A stretch of 25,359 nt of DNA from Patescibacteria group bacterium (GTDB lineage: Bacteria; Patescibacteriota; Minisyncoccia; Phycocordibacterales; DATDWN01), in the NCBI GenBank assembly GCA_030916785.1, contig JAUPVY010000001.1, positions 1 to 25,359 on the forward strand, given 5' to 3'. The translations under genes and the position numbers were made by a program. How positions within the stretch are numbered: position 1 is the first letter of the stretch; every line of letters begins with the position of its first letter. Below, piece after piece: positions 24,777-25,359 of this stretch. The notes beneath the pieces are model-generated. The model had not been told where the DNA came from, searched no databases, and was given only the letters and a program-made list of their open reading frames with translations.

Positions 24777-25359
24777 ATGGTATTAGCAAGAAAAAAAACA
24801 AAAAAAGAATCACCAAAGACTGTATCATATAAACAACCTCTTGCTGTTGGATACCATAAGAAAAAAAGTTTTTTGCTGTATAGAAACCTGACCAATAAAG
24901 GACAGAGTTTATGTATAACACCAGCGTCCAAAGACGGTTCATTTGGAACCAAATCATCCGCGGTCTCTATTGTGGATGAGAAAAAGAAAAAAGAAGACAT
25001 TGTTCGTTGCAAGGATTTTCGGTTTGGGGGAGATGATAAAAAATTGGTGATGACATATGTACGGGAAACAGAGTCTGGGTTATCACTTGTGTACGCCACA
25101 ACAACTGACAAAAAAAAGTGGAAAGTAGAACATGTCATATCAAAAATAAAAACAGCAGGTATTGTTCGTCAGATAATTTCTAAAAATAAAACTAAAAAAA
25201 AGACCGTTCCACATATTTATTTTGGTGACCATGTGGTTCGGGTTGCAAAATCAGATAATAAAAAATGGGACGTGGTGGAACCACCACGTGTACCGTACTG
25301 GCATTTTTTTGAAGGAGTGCCTTTTAACGTTGTCGGAGGGGTGCTTACCGATGAAGGAT
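24777..25359 (+). CDS. Partial CDS running off the window (MVLARKKTKK...), possibly a beta-propeller glycosidase/phosphorylase
   Basis: Hand translation shows an open frame from 24777 to the window end. The product guess rests on beta-rich content and the mannose-gene context only. Confidence 0.6.
   Translation, partial: MVLARKKTKKESPKTVSYKQPLAVGYHKKKSFLLYRNLTNKGQSLCITPASKDGSFGTKSSAVSIVDEKKKKEDIVRCKDFRFGGDDKKLVMTYVRETESGLSLVYATTTDKKKWKVEHVISKIKTAGIVRQIISKNKTKKKTVPHIYFGDHVVRVAKSDNKKWDVVEPPRVPYWHFFEGVPFNVVGGVLTDEG

Noticed and set aside
24758-25138. Minus-strand ORFs 24758-25138 and 24772-24957
   Set aside because: They are antisense to a longer plus-strand frame open from 24777 to the window end.

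Overview
AT-rich bacterial genome segment, standard code (TGA used as stop). It is probably from Patescibacteria/Parcubacteria (CPR); this is an inference from Gmad2-type and DUF5679-type genes, an isolated pyrD, GC-rich palindromic repeats and widespread leaderless genes. 1-9350: an exact 99-bp inverted repeat pair brackets a hairpin-dense non-coding zone, a wHTH gene, a nucleotidyltransferase, a GC-rich lipoprotein, two tiny paralogous peptide genes missing from the ORF track, and a six-gene LIV-type ABC transporter. 9470-15650: accessory region with a small GIY-YIG nuclease, orphan membrane proteins, a transposase-like remnant, a GC-rich gene pair and a same-strand run of unrelated genes, three of which sit behind copies of one 67-90-bp promoter-containing repeat (candidate cassette array). 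15700-25359: housekeeping-type genes (HI0933/YhiN flavoprotein, DEAD-box helicase with a structured leader, MsrA, a PyrD with altered active-site motifs, and a mannose salvage cluster running off the window). I saw no tRNA, rRNA, CRISPR array, integrase or intact transposase. Family calls rest on recalled motifs, not database searches.
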